From: an uncultured bacterium
Lineage (GTDB): Bacteria; Acidobacteriota; Thermoanaerobaculia; Multivoradales; J023
Length of the DNA: 64,000 nt
Assembly: GCA_937948815.1 (NCBI GenBank)
Contig: CALFAM010000153.1
Coordinates: forward strand, 2,212-66,211
Direction of reading: 5' to 3'
The notes beneath the pieces were generated by a model. That model saw only the letters and a list, made by a program, of their open reading frames with translations, made no database searches and had not been told where the DNA came from. Below are positions 62,636-64,000 of this stretch, one piece after another; the first letter of the stretch is position 1, and the number at the start of each line of letters is the position of its first letter. The position numbers were made by a program, and so were the translations under genes.

Positions 62636-64000
62636 GCGACAAAGAACGCACGGATGCCGCCGAGGCATCCGGCGCGCCGAGCACCTTCTCCACTGGCCGG
62701 CCCGTCGCCGTGTTGATGGTCTTCTTGGCGGCTGTGGTCTTCGGCCTGCTCTCGTACGATCGGCTGCCGATCACCCTGATGCCGGAGCTCAGCTATCCGA
62801 CCGTCACGGTACGCACCGAGTACACGGGCGCTGCGCCGGAGGAAGTCGAGAACGACATCAGCCGGCCGATCGAGGAAGCCCTCGGCGTCATCGGTGGCCT
62901 GCGCCGGATCTCGTCGATCAGCCGGGCGGATCTCTCGGACGTGGTGCTCGAATTCTCGTGGGACACGAAGGTCTCCGACGCCACCCAGGACATCCTCGAG
63001 CGTCTCGACCAGGTGTTCTTGCCGGACGGTGCAGAGCGCCCGCTGATTCTGCACTTCGATCCGGCCCTCGATCCGGTCCTGGAGCTCTCGCTTGCCGGCC
63101 AGGGTGATCGATTCGACGGCGAAGAAGGCCTGCGTCGCCTGCGCCGCCTGGCCGATTTGCAGATCAAGCGCGCCCTCGAGCCGATCAAGGGAATCGCCGC
63201 GGTACGCGTTCGCGGCGGACTGGAAGAGGAAATTCACGTTCTGATCGACGACGAGAAGCTGGCGCGAACGGGCCTCTCGATCGATCAGGTGATCAACCGC
63301 CTGAGCTCAGAGAACATCAACGTTGCCGGTGGAACGATCAAGGAAGGGCGCACCGAGTACATGGTGCGTACGCTCAACGAGTACCAGAACCTGGCGCAGA
63401 TCGGCGAGACGATCATCGCGCGTCCCTCGGGCCGGGAGGTGCGGATCAAGGATGTCGCAACGGTGCGCTGGGGGCACAAAGAACGCGAGATTCTCACCCA
63501 TACGGATGGTGGTGAGAGCGTCCAGATCGACATCTTCAAGGAGGCTGACGCGAACATCGTGGCCCTTGCCACTCGGGTGCGCAACCGCCTCGGCGACTTC
63601 GACCCTGACAAGGCCGACGAGGAAACGACGGTCGCCGAGAGCCCACGCGGACCGCCGGGCGCAGGCCGTGGCCGAGGAGGAGACGAGGAGCGCCCCGAGG
63701 TCGGCTTGGCCGAGGAGCTCTATCGCGCCGAGGGCGCCTTCCTCAGCGTGGTTGCAGACCGTTCGCTGTTCATCGAGTCGTCGATTTCCGAGGTACGCAA
63801 CACCGCGCTCTTTGGCGGCCTGCTAGCGATCGTCGTGCTGGCGCTCTTCCTGCGCAACGCATGGTCGACGTTCATCATCGGCGTGTCCATTCCGATCTCG
63901 TTGCTGATCACCTTCGCGCCGCTCAACCTGCTCGGCGTCTCCCTCAACATCATGTCCCTCGGTGGCCTGGCGCTCGGCGTCGGCATGCTGGTGGACTCGT
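62632..64000 (+). CDS. RND efflux permease, AcrB/HAE family (3' end outside the window)
   Basis: Not in the ORF track because there is no stop in the window. Own translation from GTG 62632 (GTGA overlap with the MFP stop) gives MSDKERTDAAEASGAPSTFSTGRPVAVLMVFLAAVVFGLLSYDRLPITLMPELSYPTVTVRTEYTGAAPEEVENDISRPIEEAL, a typical RND N-terminus. The frame is open to base 64000. Confidence 0.9.
   Translation, partial: MSDKERTDAAEASGAPSTFSTGRPVAVLMVFLAAVVFGLLSYDRLPITLMPELSYPTVTVRTEYTGAAPEEVENDISRPIEEALGVIGGLRRISSISRADLSDVVLEFSWDTKVSDATQDILERLDQVFLPDGAERPLILHFDPALDPVLELSLAGQGDRFDGEEGLRRLRRLADLQIKRALEPIKGIAAVRVRGGLEEEIHVLIDDEKLARTGLSIDQVINRLSSENINVAGGTIKEGRTEYMVRTLNEYQNLAQIGETIIARPSGREVRIKDVATVRWGHKEREILTHTDGGESVQIDIFKEADANIVALATRVRNRLGDFDPDKADEETTVAESPRGPPGAGRGRGGDEERPEVGLAEELYRAEGAFLSVVADRSLFIESSISEVRNTALFGGLLAIVVLALFLRNAWSTFIIGVSIPISLLITFAPLNLLGVSLNIMSLGGLALGVGMLVDS

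Overview
This is a 64-kb high-GC bacterial chromosomal segment. I saw no rRNA, CRISPR array, IS element, transposase or phage genes. Gene content (ADOP-type permease with PadR, giant cis-AT PKS, Sec machinery) fits Myxococcota-, delta- or Acidobacteria-like lineages, but taxonomy cannot be fixed from sequence alone.

Layout:
(i) 1-8.4 kb holds housekeeping and accessory genes: lon (5' end cut by the window), a quinone oxidoreductase, a translationally coupled PadR plus duplicated FtsX/MacB-type permease pair, an SDR, and an M48 metalloprotease.
(ii) 8.6-40.9 kb (perhaps to 44.3 kb) holds a FAAL-primed modular cis-AT type I PKS locus. Five giant genes carry four malonyl-type extension modules. 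They are followed by a membrane fatty-acid hydroxylase, a TcmP/LCM-type methyltransferase, a LysR regulator and a DUF2029/GT-C-like membrane protein.
(iii) 44.3-51.9 kb holds a selenocysteine-decoding locus: selA, then divergently tRNA-Sec (selC) and selD, which is itself UGA/Sec-encoded. These are followed by a PhnCDE-like ABC transporter and sfsA.
(iv) 52-64 kb holds an AbgT transporter, a TetR-MFP-RND operon whose RND ORF runs in frame into a TolC-like outer-membrane factor, a VOC protein, a DUF2007 protein, and a second MFP-RND pair (3' end cut by the window).

Main leads:
(a) A thioredoxin-fold gene has an in-frame TGA exactly at the first active-site Cys (W-U-M-S-C) and a SECIS-like hairpin. 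It sits antisense in an AT-rich island between two PKS genes.
(b) A DUF2156 / MprF-C-terminal-like domain (the aminoacyl-tRNA-dependent transferase fold) is embedded between AT and DH of the last PKS module.
(c) One PKS module is split over two genes, with a degenerate second DH-like fold interrupted by a luciferase-like monooxygenase domain.
(d) A non-canonical alpha/beta-hydrolase release domain ends the assembly line.
(e) A selD-linked PhnCDE-like transporter may take up selenium.
(f) The RND and OMF are fused in one frame.

All protein family calls come from motif reading of the supplied translations. No database searches were run.
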